A stretch of DNA of 54,517 nucleotides, the filler included, from Jimgerdemannia flammicorona (taxonomy: Eukaryota): NCBI GenBank assembly GCA_003990765.1. It is 3 parts of 3 records of this genome, joined end to end, with 100 filler letters (N's around TTAATTAATTAA, not from the genome) between each part and the next. Parts side by side here need not be neighbours in the genome. Positions count along the whole stretch, not along the records: positions 36,414 to 54,517 come from RBNJ01002304.1; 2 more parts are not named here. The stretch is one strand, 5' to 3'. This document shows, in pieces, positions 51,600 to 54,517 of this stretch (positions are counted from its first letter, which is position 1; each line of letters begins with the position of its first letter). Both the position numbers and the translations under genes were made by a program. The notes under the pieces were generated by a model that had not been told where the DNA came from, searched no databases, and saw nothing but the letters and a program-made list of their open reading frames with translations.

Positions 51600-53220
51600 T
51601 ATTATAAGATTTAATAATATATAAAAACAGCCCATTAAATATATATATATAAACAGTCAAGCAATTCATTTAATTAAGTTTTCATCTATAATACTATCTG
51701 AGAAAAAGAAGAAAAGAATATACAAATAAATTACCCCAGAGATAAGAGTGAATAAACCTCAGTCCAAAAGTCTGAAATACAAACCAAAGAAGCCTCTAAA
51801 GATTGAGCATTGGTCCCCTTTCCACTCCAGTCTACTTTTTGATACAAAGCTTGAAGATTTTACCACCAAGTTCAAGTGAAGAACTTTGCCATCTTTGGAA
51901 TCATTGTTATTAGTACACTTGCCAGATAAGCCTGAAGAACCCAAGTTTCTACCACCTAAGAGAAAGCTGTCTTGCTCAAGCCAGTTTCTGATGCAACTTT
52001 GCAGTAATCTATTCATATAAATGAAGTCAGTCTTTAATGCAACTTTGCCAAGAGACCCTTTCTCAAAAAGCCACTAGCATGTTTCCCAGTTGAAGCCACT
52101 GATTCAGGAAGAATCTATACCATCATATTCCCAGAAGAGCCTACTGATTCAGGAAGAATCTACACCAATAGTATTCCCAGTTGAAGCTGTCAAATTAGAA
52201 GAATTTGTGCCACCTGAGTTATTTCTTAGAGAACTGCTAATTTAGGAAGAATTCATATCATCTGCCATTTTTGAGTTATCCATATTTCCAGAAGAACCTG
52301 ATTCACATCATCTGAGTTTCTGCAATATCTGAGTTATTTGTTCTCAGTGAGCTTAATATAGAAGAATTTGCCACCAGTATTATTTCCAGTTATTCGAATT
52401 ATCCACACTATTCAAGTTATTATTTCTAGAAGTCTGTCAATTTAAGAGAATCTATATCAAATTAAGTTATCTGCCCAAATTGCATAAGGGATCCACCATG
52501 CTACACAAGAGATTGTCACCCAGAAATTGTATACTTTTGGAGATTGTTGTGCTATACAGAGATTGCCCATCACTCAAGAAGGAGAACTACTAAATTGCTA
52601 GACTGTTATATATATATAGAGATCACGCTATATATAAATTTCTATCAATTCTCAGTTGATCCAAGAAGGAAATCTATTTATATATAAATCACTGCTATAC
52701 TCAGAGAACTGTCCCAATAAGGAAACCACTTACAGATATCCAGTCTTGACTATTATACTACTAAATACCAAAGACCTCAGAAATCTTAGAACATTTTATT
52801 GCTTTTTGACAAAGTAACTGGGGGCTCAAGCCAAACTACATTAACCCCCAACCTTGTAATTTGTCTCTATTGAGCCAGGTACATTACAATACTGAACTCT
52901 GAAGATATAGAGGAAGTTATACATCATATTTAGCCATATTATATATTCTATAATTATCTAGATAGTAACTGAGATAGTAATTATAACTATATAAAATATT
53001 CCAGAGATAAGAGTGAATAAACTTTAGTCTGAAATTGAAATCAAAAAGTAAAAGATAAGTCTGCTTACTATACTTTAAGAGATATACCTGCCAAGAGTTA
53101 CTTGATTTAAAAAAAATTACAATACTAAGAGAAATTCTCACTCTAAAGCCACTTTTAGAAGATTGTAAGCTTAATATCTTTTTTCCACTCTAGTCTACTT
53201 TTTGATATAAAAAGAGAAGT
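51600..53220 (+). repeat. Nested LTR sequences related to the gypsy 2 LTR (one ending ACATTACA at 52888, a second fragment at 52889-53220)
   Basis: Shares CCAGAGATAAGAGTGAATAAAC and TTTTGACAAAGTAACT..GGCTCAAG...CTCTATTGAGC blocks with 10200-10956. Internal ~55-60 bp CTGATTCAGGAAGAAT repeats. Confidence 0.8.
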
Positions 53221-53323
53221 TTACTGCTCCTTTCTCTATTATCATACTAGTTATAAGGTATTGGTAGATAATTTTCTGAGTTCTTTTTCTATAACTTTCA
53301 CTTTCTTTATCTTAGATTAGTTT

Positions 53324-54390
53324 ACCAGCTCCTTTCTCCGCTATCTTATCGGTCATAAGATTTAGTAGGCAACCTTCCGAGTTCCCTTTCCCCTAATATT
53401 ACCCCCTCTACCTCGGGTTGGTTTACTATGCCTGCAGGGGTATGGTGGGAGGAGGGCAATGGTGCTGAGTTGTCCCTTTATCAGTGTCAGATTGGTGCTT
53501 TCTCCACTTTTTCGCAGATTTTGGTGCCTTCAGCTGTGTCTGGAGTGTACCTGTTTTGGTGCGGCGCCTTCTTCCTTTTGCCATCACCAACAAGGAGTTG
53601 TCTCAGTGTGTCTCGGGCTACGTAGGGAGTCGGCCGAACTTGAGTGTCAAGTGCTCAGTATAGGTTACCTGCAGGTTCTCGGTGCCTGTGGTGGGGCCCT
53701 CTGGCTTTGGCGAGCTTCCTGGCGAGTGTGGTTCTGGCATAGGTGACTGCTTTTCAGGTGTTGTTGGGATGGGAGGGGAGATGGCCATCACAGATAGGTG
53801 GAAGGATGATTACGGTGAACCAGTAGGGTGCCAGGCTGGGGGCGGTCATCGGGGCTGGGGCAGGTGCTGCTTCGGTGGGGCCTTTTGATTGGTGTGGTGT
53901 GGTTAGGTGGTAGGTGTCACTCTCGGCTTCTTTTGGCGGGTAGTGGGGTGAGGCCCCAGTCATCAGAGGGGGTCGGGGGGCCCGAGGCTACCTATTTCAG
54001 GCATCTTGGCTGCACTCAACTGGAACCGGGAGCTGACACAGCAACGTGATCGAGGCCCACAGGCTTGAGTAGTGGGGTATTGGGGGTTTCCTCCCACCTC
54101 ATATGTAAGTCCTTTACTCACCTTGACTGGGAGAACCAGGCCCTACCCACCGTGTTGTGCTTTGATGAGGGTTTTTATTTGCCTGTCATTCTCTTTGGGG
54201 TGGCAGGGGCTATTCTATTCGGCTCAGGCGTGACCTTGTACATACGATGGGTTCTCAGGCATGTGCTTTCGGTCATTGGCATATGGTTGGGTTTCCCCTG
54301 GTGGTAGGAAGAGCATGGTACACAGAATGAGGTACGGGCTTATCAGCCCTGCTGTGCCTGGTATGGTCGAGCTGCTGGACAATAGCTAGC
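53324..54390 (+). mobile_element. Non-autonomous retroposon, copy 5 (least mutated, subfamily B), preceded by an older 5' fragment at 53223-53323
   Basis: Reverse complement of copy 2 with most CpGs retained. Homology stops abruptly at 54390. Confidence 0.9.
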
Positions 54391-54517
54391 TGTAAGCGCA
54401 CAACCTCCAAGCCACCAAAATCGCATGGCATCCTCAGAACTAATTTGGAAACCACATGCGAGACTACAAAACAAGAGATCATCTGGTTACACGAAATACG
54501 CCAGCAAGCACGAGAAC
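54391..54517 (+). mobile_element. Probable start of a younger LTR inserted into retroposon copy 5
   Basis: Begins TGTAAG exactly where homology to copy 2 ends. CpGs are retained. Confidence 0.4.

Noticed and set aside
52080..52400. PLIQEES-like repeats suggesting an ORF in the second LTR family
   Set aside because: The repeat units do not keep one reading frame, so they are more likely non-coding LTR repeats.
54065..54307. Hydrophobic 80-aa ORF that is also open in copy 2 (35006-35242)
   Set aside because: It starts at TTG, has few stop-prone codons, its differences are non-synonymous transitions, and it is absent from subfamily A. There is no sign of selection.

Overview
Fungal nuclear DNA, by inference an early-diverging Mucoromycota such as Endogonales (intron-rich GC-rich genes, TTAGGG telomere, HAUS4 present). 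The window is not one locus. It is three contigs of about 18.1 kb (1-18109, 18210-36313, 36414-54517) joined by artificial N44-TTAATTAATTAA-N44 linkers. Contig 1 is a chromosome end made only of hypermutated (C->T/G->A, almost CpG-free) transposons: two L1-clade LINE pieces, two Ty3/gypsy elements that both carry a dUTPase, a poly(A) non-autonomous retroposon with a TSD, and a terminal (TTAGGG)n tract. Contig 2 holds a PP1-regulator-like LRR gene, a PQ-loop vacuolar transporter, and a tandem trio of MDR/enoyl-reductase-like genes (two intact, one pseudogene). Contig 3 holds a tightly packed Raptor(KOG1)-HAUS4-CSN2-DinB-like block flanked by REase-like pseudogenes and nested TEs. The most notable observations are three. 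(1) A gypsy element has a virus-like multi-ORF layout: a Cys/His motif and dUTPase in pol, an integrase with its own ATG, and a ~270-codon ORF inside the putative 1.5-kb LTR. (2) A ~1.2-kb non-autonomous poly(A) retroposon family is present in all three contigs, shares its 3' end with the L1-type LINE and may be an ORF1 relic (HAL1-like). (3) TEs show RIP-like hypermutation while adjacent duplicated genes are spared. All alignments and translations were done by eye.
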